From Gammaproteobacteria bacterium (GTDB lineage Bacteria > Pseudomonadota > Gammaproteobacteria > SZUA-229): DNA of 64,000 nt. A program made the position numbers and the translations under genes. Positions within the stretch are counted from its first letter, which is position 1. Each line of letters opens with the position of its first letter. The notes below the pieces were generated by a model that was given only the letters and a program-made list of their open reading frames with translations, was not told the DNA's origin and made no database searches. The stretch is from NCBI GenBank assembly GCA_029287435.1, contig JARFRD010000063.1, forward strand, positions 5,431 to 69,430, written 5' to 3'. This document shows, piece after piece, positions 31,783 through 40,489 of the stretch.

Positions 31783-32019
31783 ATCAAATATGTAGATTCC
31801 AGTGCTAATGCAACAATAACATGTTAAGTTCCAAACAGTACGTATTTCACAGGAGCATACTATTAAGCGTAATGTTAAGCGTAATAAGTGTCACTGGACA
31901 TCGTTTTCTGCACTGTCAGGTGTAGGACGACGCTTTGCTGAGAGAACACTATTTTGCTTTTATTAAATAGTCTGCTAATGAAGCTGGTAAACCATAACTC
32001 ATTAAGGAGTAAAGATCAC

Positions 32020-32517
32020 ATGAAAAAACACACCCTAATGCTAACAATCGCTGCATTATTAAACACAGGTGCTGCACAGGCCGATGATCCCATGGTGCTG
32101 CCTGTCCAGCGTCTCGCTATGGATATGGCTGTAAAGGCCGCACAGGCAACAATTGCTGCCTGCCGTAAAGAGGGGCTGAGCGTAGCAGTTACGGTAATTG
32201 ACCGCGGTGGTCATTCCCAGGTAGTACTCAGGGATTCTCTGGCGATGCCAATTACTGTGCCGATCAGCAAGCAGAAAGCCTACGCTGCATTGAATTTCAA
32301 TTCTCCGACATCAGAACTTGAATCCCGCTTTACCTCACCGTTCGCACCACCAAAGATAGACGGTTTGATAACCTCTGCAGGTGGTTTGCCTATTACTGCT
32401 GGTAGCACGATCCTTGGTGGTATCGGAGTCAGTGGCGCGCCGTCCGGTACAACCGACGAAGCCTGTGCAGCGGCTGGTCTCAAGGCCATCAATGACGACC
32501 TCGAAATGGCGATGTAA
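32020..32517 (+). CDS. exported GlcG/HbpS family heme-binding protein
   Basis: RBS AAGGAG; signal peptide; VAVTVIDRGG, KAYAA, GGLPI, GGIGVSGAP, DEACA. Confidence 0.88.
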   Translation: MKKHTLMLTIAALLNTGAAQADDPMVLPVQRLAMDMAVKAAQATIAACRKEGLSVAVTVIDRGGHSQVVLRDSLAMPITVPISKQKAYAALNFNSPTSELESRFTSPFAPPKIDGLITSAGGLPITAGSTILGGIGVSGAPSGTTDEACAAAGLKAINDDLEMAM

Positions 32518-32530
32518 GGAGGGAAGGGAA

Positions 32531-32622
32531 AGACTATGGATGAAAGATTAAAGATAAGAAGAGGGTCTTAAACGGTATTGTTTTCTTCTTTATCTTTCAT
32601 CCTTTATCTTTCGTCTTTGATC
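32531..32622. repeat. inverted arms of degenerate heptamer repeats (GATRAAR / YTTYATC)
   Basis: GGATGAA AGATTAA AGATAAG followed by CTTTATC TTTCATC CTTTATC TTTCGTC TTTGATC. Confidence 0.7.
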
Positions 32623-32682
32623 TCAAATCCCGGTTTATTGGTATTATTTAGCAGGCACCGGGACTATACCGAGTAGACAATA

Positions 32683-33342
32683 ATGCCAGCACAGACACAG
32701 ATGATCGACCGCCGTGAAAGCAGTGTACGCAAACTGCTAGCCGGCCTGTTCGAATCGGTAGACAAGGCCTTGGGCGATGCTCTGCTGTGCATCAGGCATC
32801 ATGACATCCAGCTGGCGCAGACGATCATTGATGGTGATGCTGAAATCAATAAACTGTATCACCGTACTGAGGAAGAGTGTGTGGCAGTTATTGCGCGTAT
32901 GCAGCCGATGGCTCGTGATCTTCGTGAACTAATCGCAGACATGCAGATCGCCTCCGAGCTTGAACGCATCGGCGACTATGCTGCCAATGTGGCCAGTAAT
33001 GTGCAGCAAATGAAGGCCTCACCCCCTGAGGAGATTGCCAAAGCAGTTGGGCATCTTGGTGAACTTTGCAGACAAATGCTGGCCAGCGTCTGGAAGGCCT
33101 ACCGGGATCACGACAGACAGTGGGCCCGCGAAGCCGCCGAGGTGGACAACCAGGTCGATGACACTGAGCAGGATATTATCAGACAGGTGTTTGACTGGCA
33201 GAGCAAACATCCGGATGATTTCATGATCTCCACTCATACCCTGTGGATCACACATAGCTTTGAGCGAATAGGTGACCGAGCAACTAACATCGCCGAGCGT
33301 GTGGTCTACATTGCAACAAGTAAGACTGAAGACCTCAATTAA
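32683..33342 (+). CDS. phoU: PhoU family protein
   Basis: IDGDAEIN, QPMARDLR, ELERIGDYAANVA, DNQVD, FERIGDRATNIAERV. Confidence 0.88.
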   Translation: MPAQTQMIDRRESSVRKLLAGLFESVDKALGDALLCIRHHDIQLAQTIIDGDAEINKLYHRTEEECVAVIARMQPMARDLRELIADMQIASELERIGDYAANVASNVQQMKASPPEEIAKAVGHLGELCRQMLASVWKAYRDHDRQWAREAAEVDNQVDDTEQDIIRQVFDWQSKHPDDFMISTHTLWITHSFERIGDRATNIAERVVYIATSKTEDLN

Positions 33343-33355
33343 CTACATTCACGTA

Positions 33356-35134
33356 TTATAACGGCCAAACCCACAGTATCACCGGAATCGATACCAGCAC
33401 TATAAGTAGCTCGAGCGGTAGCCCCATGCGCCAGTAGTCTCCGAAACGGTAACCACCGGGCCCCATAATCAGCGTATTGTTCTTGTGCCCGATGGGCGTC
33501 AGAAAGGCACAGGATGCTGCCACGGCTACAGTCATCAGAAACGGATCGGCATTGACTCCAAGGCGGTTGGCAATATCGACCGCAATCGGTGCCGCAATAA
33601 CAGCCGTCGCTGTATTGTTCATGACGTCTGACAGGGTCATGGTGACCACCATCAGCAGGGTCAGCACGACCACCGGTGAGTAACCGGCCGACATCGTGGT
33701 AATTGTTTCGGCTATTAATGCCGTACCACCACTCGATTCCAGTGCACTGCCAATCGGGATCATTGAGCCCAGTAATACGATTACCGGCCACTCGATGGAG
33801 TCATAGACATGGCGCGCCGGTACGATATTGAACATCACGTAACTGGCAACCACTGCCGCCAGTGCGATTGGCAGGTAAAGCAGTCCAAAGCTGGCTGATG
33901 CTATCGCTGCGGCAAACAGGCCGACAGCCAGCCAGGCTTTGTGGCGCTTGATGAGGTCGAGACTGCGACCCGCCAGAGGCAGGGCGCCGAGCCAGTAGGT
34001 GATCTCTGCCAACAGGTCGCTGGCACCGTATAATAATAGTACATCACCTTCTTTAATCTGCAGCTGGCGTACACGTTCACGGAATTGTTTTCCCTGCCGC
34101 GATACCCCCAGCAGTGTCACGCCATGTCGGTATTGCAGCTGCAGGGACTCAGCCGTCCGACCTTCTATCCTGGCGCCGTCGGGCACCACCACTTCCCACA
34201 GCGACATGTCTTCACCGCTAAGAGGGCTGGTATCCTTGCCCTTGCTGGAAAAATCGAGTTTAAGAGCACCGACGAACCTGTCCATGTCTTCCGGTGCTGC
34301 ATCGACAACCAGGATATCGCCTTTGCGAATTTCTACCAGCCTGGCCTGACCGGGCTGGCGCTTGCCGCGTCGTACCAGACCAACGATGGCCACATCGTTT
34401 TCATCGGCGATCTTATCGAGATCCCGTACACGCTGTTTGATGGCAGGTGATCCCTCCGCTACATGCAGTTCCGCGATGTAGCCGCTGACATCAAGCAATT
34501 CCTGTGTAGAATCATGGCTGACGCGGTCTTTGGGTAGCAGTCGCCAGCCCACCAGTGTCACGAATAGCACGCCGACCGCGGCACACGCCAGTCCAACCGG
34601 TGCGAAGTCGAACATGCTAAAACTCTCACCTAGCGAGCTCTGACGAAACTCTGCAATGATGATGTTGGGCGGTGTTCCTATCAGTGTAATCATGCCACCA
34701 AGTATCGATGCGAAGGATAAAGGCATAAGTGTCAGCGACGGACTTCGCTTCGCTTTTGCGGCAGCCTGGATGTCTACCGGCATCAACATGGCCAGAGCGG
34801 CGACATTATTCATCACGGCTGACAGCGCAGCTGAAATCCCAGCCATCACGGCGATATGTGTCTGTAGCGATACCGCGAAACGGCTGACCTGTTTGGCAAT
34901 CAGTTCAATAGCACCAGAGTTTGACAGGCCCTTGCTGACGATTAACACCAGTGCAATGATGATTGTGGCGGGATGGCCGAATCCGGAAAAGGCTTCTTGC
35001 TTCGGAACAACGCCCATTATCAGTGCGGCAATCAAAGCGACAAAGGCTACAAGATCATAGCGCCAACGACCCCAGATCAGGAATACAAAAACGAACAACA
35101 GTAATCCAAATAGTTGTGCCTGGTCAGTCGTCAT
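33356..35134 (-). CDS. SLC13/DASS family permease with TrkA-C (RCK-C) domains
   Basis: FSGFGHPA, MNNVAA, LGGMITLIGTPPN, two central RCK-C repeats, MNNTATA, FLTPIGHKNN, GGYRFGDYWRMG. Confidence 0.9.
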   Translation of the reverse strand: MTTDQAQLFGLLLFVFVFLIWGRWRYDLVAFVALIAALIMGVVPKQEAFSGFGHPATIIIALVLIVSKGLSNSGAIELIAKQVSRFAVSLQTHIAVMAGISAALSAVMNNVAALAMLMPVDIQAAAKAKRSPSLTLMPLSFASILGGMITLIGTPPNIIIAEFRQSSLGESFSMFDFAPVGLACAAVGVLFVTLVGWRLLPKDRVSHDSTQELLDVSGYIAELHVAEGSPAIKQRVRDLDKIADENDVAIVGLVRRGKRQPGQARLVEIRKGDILVVDAAPEDMDRFVGALKLDFSSKGKDTSPLSGEDMSLWEVVVPDGARIEGRTAESLQLQYRHGVTLLGVSRQGKQFRERVRQLQIKEGDVLLLYGASDLLAEITYWLGALPLAGRSLDLIKRHKAWLAVGLFAAAIASASFGLLYLPIALAAVVASYVMFNIVPARHVYDSIEWPVIVLLGSMIPIGSALESSGGTALIAETITTMSAGYSPVVVLTLLMVVTMTLSDVMNNTATAVIAAPIAVDIANRLGVNADPFLMTVAVAASCAFLTPIGHKNNTLIMGPGGYRFGDYWRMGLPLELLIVLVSIPVILWVWPL

Positions 35135-35263
35135 GATCGCTCAAATAGTTTGATTGCAACGCCGAAGGTAAGAGGCCATTGTATATGTATCCTGTGTGAT
35201 AGTTGCTGGTGCATGATATAAAATCATAAATATCAGGTGTAGCTATTCATCTGCAGTTGATTA

Positions 35264-37747
35264 CTACAATTCCACCGGTACGGCCGTTATATTCCAGATA
35301 TTGCTGCAATAATCCCTAATAGAACGGTCCGACGAGAATTTGCCGATCCGTGCAACATTCAGAATGGACATACGGGTCCAGTGTTCTGTATCACGAAATG
35401 CCTGGTCGACTCCGTCCTGACAATTTACGTAACTGCGATAGTCGGCCAGCACCATAAAGGGGTCACGCTGCAGCAGTTTGTTCACCAACGGCTGGAATAT
35501 TTTTGTCTCTCCATGGCAAAAGAAACCGCTGTCGATGAGGTCGATAGCTGCTTTCAACTCGGGATCGGCATGGTAGATATCGCTTGGATTAAACCCGTTG
35601 CGGCTCTTCTCGGCAACCTGCTCGGCTGTCAAGCCGAACAGGAAAAAATTCTCCTGACCTACTTGTTCCCGGATTTCAATATTGGCGCCATCCAGTGTCC
35701 CGATGGTCAGTGCACCGTTCATGGATAACTTCATATTTCCAGTGCCTGATGCTTCCATGCCCGCTGTGGAGATCTGCTCGGAAAGGTCTGCTGCCGGAAA
35801 GATTCGCTGGCCGCGCTTGACACCGAAATCAGGTACAAACACTACCTTGATACGGCCTGCAACATCGGGGTCATTGTTGACCACATCAGCGACAGCATTG
35901 ATTAGCTTGATGATGAGCCTGGCCATCAAATAACTGGGGGCTGCCTTGCCACCAAAGATGAAAGTACGAGGGCTGATATCAATGCCCGGGTCCAGCTTGA
36001 TGCGGTTGTATAGCGTCACTATGTGCAGCAGATTAAGATGTTGACGCTTGTATTCATGGATACGCTTGACCTGGATATCGAACAGAGATGAAGCATCAAC
36101 CCGTATACCGATATTTTTTTCCATCCAGTCTGCTAAATCACGCTTGACAGCAATTTTAATCTTACGCCAGCGGTGACAGAATTCATCGTCCTCTAGAAAC
36201 CGCTCAAGTCCCTGCAATTGATTCAAATCCCTGATCCAGCCAGTGCCAAGCTTTTCAGTCAGTAGCGCGCTTAAACCCGGATTGCTCAGCACCATAAAAC
36301 GTCGCGGTGTTACACCATTTGTCACATTGCTGATCTTGTCCGGCCATAGCTCGTGAAAATCTTTCAGTACTGTCGATTTGAGTAACTCGGTGTGCAATTC
36401 AGCAACCCCGTTAATGGCATAGCTACCGACGCAGGCAAGGTTCGCCATACGCACATGACCACCACCTTTTTCGTCGATAATGGACATGCGTTCGACATGA
36501 CCGCCGTCGTCAGTTAAAAAGTGCATACGCACATCATCGAGGAAACGCTTATTGATCTCATAGATGATCTCGAGGTGGCGTGGCAACAGGCGCTGGAACA
36601 GCTTTAGTGACCAGGTTTCCAGGGCTTCGGGGAGCAGCGTGTGGTTGGTATAGGCAAAGCAGCGATGTGTGATGTCCCAGGCCTTGTCCCATGTCATATG
36701 ATGCTCGTCCATCAGCAGACGCATCAACTCTGGCACTGCTATTGCCGGGTGTGTATCATTGAGTTGTACGGTGAACTTTTCATGAAAGTGATCGAGCGAG
36801 TCCGCACCTCTCAGGTTTAGACGGATCATGTCTTTCAGCGAGCAGGAGACAAAGAAGTACTGCTGTTTGAGTCGCAGTTCCTTGCCGGCGTCCGGCTCAT
36901 TATTTGGATACAGTACCTTGGAGATATTCTCTGCCTCTATCTTTGCACGCACTGCTTCGTAGTAATCCCCTACATTGAAGGCCTGGAAGTCAAACGACTT
37001 GGCCGCTTCAGCCTTCCACAGACGTAGCAGATTTGTATTGTTTACACCGTAGCCGAGGATCGGTGTATCGTAGGCCATACCGTTGACGACCAGTTCCGGT
37101 ACCCATCTTACGTGCAGATTGCCATCATCACCGGTGTAATGCTCTGTATAGCCGCCAAAGCCAACACCAAACCTGAGTTTGGGGCGGGGCAACTCCCAGG
37201 GATTGCCATTATGCAGCCAGGTGTCACTTCTCTCTACCTGCCAGCCGTCTACGATCAGCTGGTCAAAGATGCCGAATTCGTAGCGTATACCATAACCAAT
37301 GGCCGGTATTTGCAGGGTGGCGAGTGAATCCATATAACAGGCGGCCAGTCGCCCCAGGCCACCATTGCCGAGACCCGGCTCAACTTCGGTTTCCAGTATC
37401 TCCTCGATGTCCAGTCCCATCTTCTCAGATGCCTCGTAGGCCTTTTCCATGATGCCCATATTAATCATGTTGTTGCCGAGATGGGGACCGAGAAGGTATT
37501 CAGCGGACAGGTAACAGACAGTGCGGGCACATTGCTGCTTGTATGTCTGGGCACTTTTTATCCAGCGCTCAAGCATACGATCTCGTACTGTATATGCAGC
37601 TGCCATGTAGCGATCGTTGGCACTGGAAAATTCGTAAGACCTGCCTTGAAGATAAAACAGGTTGTCGTTGTATGCCCTCTCGAGGGCATCAATAGTCAGG
37701 CCAGTGCGAGTATGTTCGTTGTTGGTGGTCTTATTCTGCATAGACAT
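35264..37747 (-). CDS. glgP: glycogen/maltodextrin phosphorylase (copy 2)
   Basis: EPGLGNGGLGRLAACY, QLNDTHP, VKRIHEYKRQ, EASGTGNMK, FSSDRSI; start likely ATG 37747 or 37741. Confidence 0.95.
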   Translation of the reverse strand: MSMQNKTTNNEHTRTGLTIDALERAYNDNLFYLQGRSYEFSSANDRYMAAAYTVRDRMLERWIKSAQTYKQQCARTVCYLSAEYLLGPHLGNNMINMGIMEKAYEASEKMGLDIEEILETEVEPGLGNGGLGRLAACYMDSLATLQIPAIGYGIRYEFGIFDQLIVDGWQVERSDTWLHNGNPWELPRPKLRFGVGFGGYTEHYTGDDGNLHVRWVPELVVNGMAYDTPILGYGVNNTNLLRLWKAEAAKSFDFQAFNVGDYYEAVRAKIEAENISKVLYPNNEPDAGKELRLKQQYFFVSCSLKDMIRLNLRGADSLDHFHEKFTVQLNDTHPAIAVPELMRLLMDEHHMTWDKAWDITHRCFAYTNHTLLPEALETWSLKLFQRLLPRHLEIIYEINKRFLDDVRMHFLTDDGGHVERMSIIDEKGGGHVRMANLACVGSYAINGVAELHTELLKSTVLKDFHELWPDKISNVTNGVTPRRFMVLSNPGLSALLTEKLGTGWIRDLNQLQGLERFLEDDEFCHRWRKIKIAVKRDLADWMEKNIGIRVDASSLFDIQVKRIHEYKRQHLNLLHIVTLYNRIKLDPGIDISPRTFIFGGKAAPSYLMARLIIKLINAVADVVNNDPDVAGRIKVVFVPDFGVKRGQRIFPAADLSEQISTAGMEASGTGNMKLSMNGALTIGTLDGANIEIREQVGQENFFLFGLTAEQVAEKSRNGFNPSDIYHADPELKAAIDLIDSGFFCHGETKIFQPLVNKLLQRDPFMVLADYRSYVNCQDGVDQAFRDTEHWTRMSILNVARIGKFSSDRSIRDYCSNIWNITAVPVEL

Positions 37748-37929
37748 TTCACTTTTTGTAAATCTACAGGGAGTGTGACATAGCGAGCGATGACCAGGAA
37801 AAACCGTTATCAACCCCTGTCCACAGTGGGGCTTCCAGTTAGAAGATCCAGTGAATAAGGGATTGCCTGTCAGATATCACATAAACTCGCAATATATAAT
37901 CGTAAAACTTTTCCTCTTTTACTAGATAC

Positions 37930-38616
37930 TTACTGAATCGCCGTAGCAGGTGGTATACCAGAGAAAAAACTGGAAGAAAGCCAGCTGGTCACATTGCGCG
38001 TCAGCGCAGACGGACCAACCAGTTTTAATCGACCATCGCTTACCGCATTTTTATATGGCGTATCGCCCATCCAGACTTCTATCATGGTACGCAAGTCGGT
38101 GGTGAAATATACATCGACATCTTTTCCCGGATCACGCACACAAACGTCAGTGTCGTCATCTGTAACGACTATCCACCAGTTGCTGAATTGATCGATATCA
38201 GTAAACTTGAAGCGAATAATGGTTTCATTACCAGGTAGTTTGTCCGGTCGAATACTTCGTTTCAGGTAAAGCATCAGTAATTCCAGATCAAGATCTGTAT
38301 CATCCATTTTACCGCGCGCCCAGCGCATACCCCAGTTTCCAATGGATTCCACTACCGGCAGTAATTCATTGCCCATTTCAGTAAGGAAGTATTCATAACC
38401 GCGTTGGCCGGGTATTTTTTTGCGTATGACAATACCAGCATCGCTCAACTCATTGAGTCGTCTGGTAAGCATGGTCGGAGAGATCTGGTTGAGGCCACGC
38501 TGTAATTCATTGAAACGACTGCCACCCATCAGCAGTTCGCGAACGATAAGAATTGTCCAACGTTCACCAAGCACTTCAAGTGCCTTTGCAACCGGACAGA
38601 ACTGACCATATTCCAC
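37930..38616 (-). CDS. HxlR-family winged-helix regulator with C-terminal SCP2-like domain
   Basis: YGQFCPVAKALEVLGERWTILIVRELL, RFNELQRGL, ISPTMLTRRL, YFLTEMG; C-terminal DVCVRDPGKDVDVY...VWMG. Confidence 0.88.
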   Translation of the reverse strand: MEYGQFCPVAKALEVLGERWTILIVRELLMGGSRFNELQRGLNQISPTMLTRRLNELSDAGIVIRKKIPGQRGYEYFLTEMGNELLPVVESIGNWGMRWARGKMDDTDLDLELLMLYLKRSIRPDKLPGNETIIRFKFTDIDQFSNWWIVVTDDDTDVCVRDPGKDVDVYFTTDLRTMIEVWMGDTPYKNAVSDGRLKLVGPSALTRNVTSWLSSSFFSGIPPATAIQ

Positions 38617-38652
38617 TGCTTTGCTCCCTTTAATCCAGTTAATCCAGTATTA

Positions 38653-38690
38653 GTAGTTGATTACTACAATATGTGTAGTTTGATACTACA
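38653..38690. promoter_or_regulatory. tandem palindromic operator candidate (2 x GTAGT-N5-ACTAC, 22-bp period)
   Basis: GTAGTTGATTACTACA (38653-68) and GTAGTTTGATACTACA (38675-90) in the divergent hxlR/mddA intergenic region. Confidence 0.7.
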
Positions 38691-38788
38691 AAATTGAAAG
38701 CATTCATACCAGTCTCCCAGCGCTAACATTTAACCATCGAATCACTACTCAGATTCGATCTCAACAAACCAGCTAAAGGAGAAATACC

Positions 38789-38962
38789 ATGAACATATCT
38801 ACCATAACAATGCCTCTTATCAACAACAAACAAAAACGCGTGATGCCCACCACTTCCAGGGGTCGATCTCTGTACATTGTTGACTGTTTCCTGAACGGCA
38901 GGCCCTTGTTGCACAATCATGACAATCCACAGTTATCAGTAAAAGATGTTCGCCGGAGCTGA
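38789..38962 (+). CDS. unannotated small ORF, 57 aa
   Basis: RBS AAAGGAG upstream of ATG; MNISTITMPLINNKQKRVMPTTSRGRSLYIVDCFLNGRPLLHNHDNPQLSVKDVRRS; below ORF-track cutoff. Confidence 0.45.
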   Translation: MNISTITMPLINNKQKRVMPTTSRGRSLYIVDCFLNGRPLLHNHDNPQLSVKDVRRS

Positions 38963-39067
38963 TTTCCTACTCACCTTGAATTTCTGTGCATATCGGAATC
39001 AAGGTAAAACTAATCGAGACGACAAAGCGTTGCATAGGATTGGAAACAAACAAATGAGGATATTCAA

Positions 39068-39175
39068 ATGAACATTCTACAAAGTAAACAACAACAGGAT
39101 CTTAAACGCATCATCAAGCAAGCAAAGCTGGTGATGATAGAAATATTGAGTGGCCTTGCTTATACAGCGCCATAA
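39068..39175 (+). CDS. unannotated small ORF, 35 aa
   Basis: RBS GAGGA upstream of ATG; MNILQSKQQQDLKRIIKQAKLVMIEILSGLAYTAP. Confidence 0.5.
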   Translation: MNILQSKQQQDLKRIIKQAKLVMIEILSGLAYTAP

Positions 39176-39224
39176 ATTAGCCGCTACATAAGTAAAAATT
39201 AACGTAAACAAAGGAGATTGGAAA

Positions 39225-39986
39225 ATGTTTAAAAAATCACTGGTGCTGACATATGGTGTTGCTAGTTATGCGCTATTCTTCGTGGTATTTACCTATGCCA
39301 TTTTATTCATTGGTAATATCCTGGTAACACCTTCACTTGATTCGGTTGCTCATAACAACTTAATCGAAGCACTGATAATTGATATTGGTTTGCTCAGTGC
39401 GTTTGCATTGCAACACAGTATTATGGCAAGGCCAGCATTCAAGCGTTTGTGGATAAAAGTGATACCTGCAGAAGCTGAACGCAGCACCTATGTGTTGGCA
39501 TCATCACTGCTGCTGGCCGCTATCATTTATTTCTGGCAGCCACTGGGAGGAGTTATCTGGCAGGTTACCGATCCTGTAGCCATCGTCGTGATCTATTTAT
39601 TGTTCGCCACAGGATGGGGAATGCTGTTTCTTGCCTCATTCCAGATCAACCACTTCGACCTGTTTGGTCTACGCCAGGTATGGTTATACTTTCAGGGTAA
39701 GCCATATACACATCTTCCATTCAAAAAACCGTGGCTATATCGCTACATGCGCCACCCGCTGTATGTAGGGCTTATGATCGGTCTGTGGGCAGCACCAACG
39801 ATGACTGTTGCGCACCTGGTATTTGCAGTAATGTGCACCAGTTATATCTTTGTCGGTGCAAGACTGGAAGAACATGATCTGGAAAATGCACTGCCTGAAT
39901 ATAAGCAGTATAAAAAAGATGTACCGATGTTCCTGCCAGGTGTTGGCAGCAAAGCAGGAAAAAATGTCGCAGCTGAGACGTTCTAG
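39225..39986 (+). CDS. mddA: methanethiol S-methyltransferase (MddA-like, ICMT/NnrU-type membrane methyltransferase)
   Basis: YGVASY, FALQHSIMARPAFK, ERSTYVL, FWQP, INHFDLFGLRQ, LYRYMRHPLYVG, WAAPTMT, LEEHDL; RBS AAGGAG. Confidence 0.85.
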   Translation: MFKKSLVLTYGVASYALFFVVFTYAILFIGNILVTPSLDSVAHNNLIEALIIDIGLLSAFALQHSIMARPAFKRLWIKVIPAEAERSTYVLASSLLLAAIIYFWQPLGGVIWQVTDPVAIVVIYLLFATGWGMLFLASFQINHFDLFGLRQVWLYFQGKPYTHLPFKKPWLYRYMRHPLYVGLMIGLWAAPTMTVAHLVFAVMCTSYIFVGARLEEHDLENALPEYKQYKKDVPMFLPGVGSKAGKNVAAETF

Positions 39987-40171
39987 CAGCGGCAAGCCCG
40001 GGAGCAGAGCCAGCTTTTTACTATTTGAAGATTAGCTTAGGATCTGATCCCGGGATTACTGTATCTACTAATATTAATATTATTAAGTAAATCTAAAACT
40101 TTTATTATTTATGGTAGAGTGAAGATAGACGTAATACCACCCATTTTAATAAGTAGTATTGGAGGGACGAT

Positions 40172-40477
40172 ATGCATATCAAAATAACTGCCACAATTTT
40201 GCTGTTTTTTTCTTCTCTTGTTGTTTCAGCCACTGGCCTGGCAGTCGAAATCAGCCAGGCTGCGATGCTCGCTAATTCCTGCGCAGGCTGTCACGGTACC
40301 TATGGTAAAAGCCCCGGTGCAATTCCCGCCATAAACGGCAAGTCTGCAAGCTTTATTGTTGAATCATTAAAGGACTTTCAAAGTGGTGCCAGGCCATCAA
40401 CAGTGATGGGCAGGCACGCCAATGGCTATAGCGATCAGGAGATCCAGCTCATTGCTGAATTTTTCTCGAAACACTAA
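40172..40477 (+). CDS. fccA: monoheme cytochrome c subunit of flavocytochrome c sulfide dehydrogenase
   Basis: Signal peptide; single CAGCH heme motif; [11 protein letters not shown]; directly upstream of fccB. Confidence 0.88.
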   Translation: MHIKITATILLFFSSLVVSATGLAVEISQAAMLANSCAGCHGTYGKSPGAIPAINGKSASFIVESLKDFQSGARPSTVMGRHANGYSDQEIQLIAEFFSKH

Positions 40478-40489
40478 CAGGAGACTGCT

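Noticed and set aside
35255..38670. 16-bp direct repeat as att sites of a mobile glgP-hxlR segment
   Set aside because: No integrase or transposase, housekeeping-type cargo, and a repeat of this length can arise by chance; better explained as an operator-like motif or coincidence
38960..39007. Selenocysteine or readthrough at the TGA of the 57-aa ORF (frame stays open for 14 more codons)
   Set aside because: No redox motif around the TGA and no evident SECIS hairpin; a short open stretch is expected by chance
38770..39225. CsrB/RsmZ-like sRNA because of several GGA motifs
   Set aside because: Three of the GGAs are simply RBSs, and the rest are not in regular ANGGA hairpin loops
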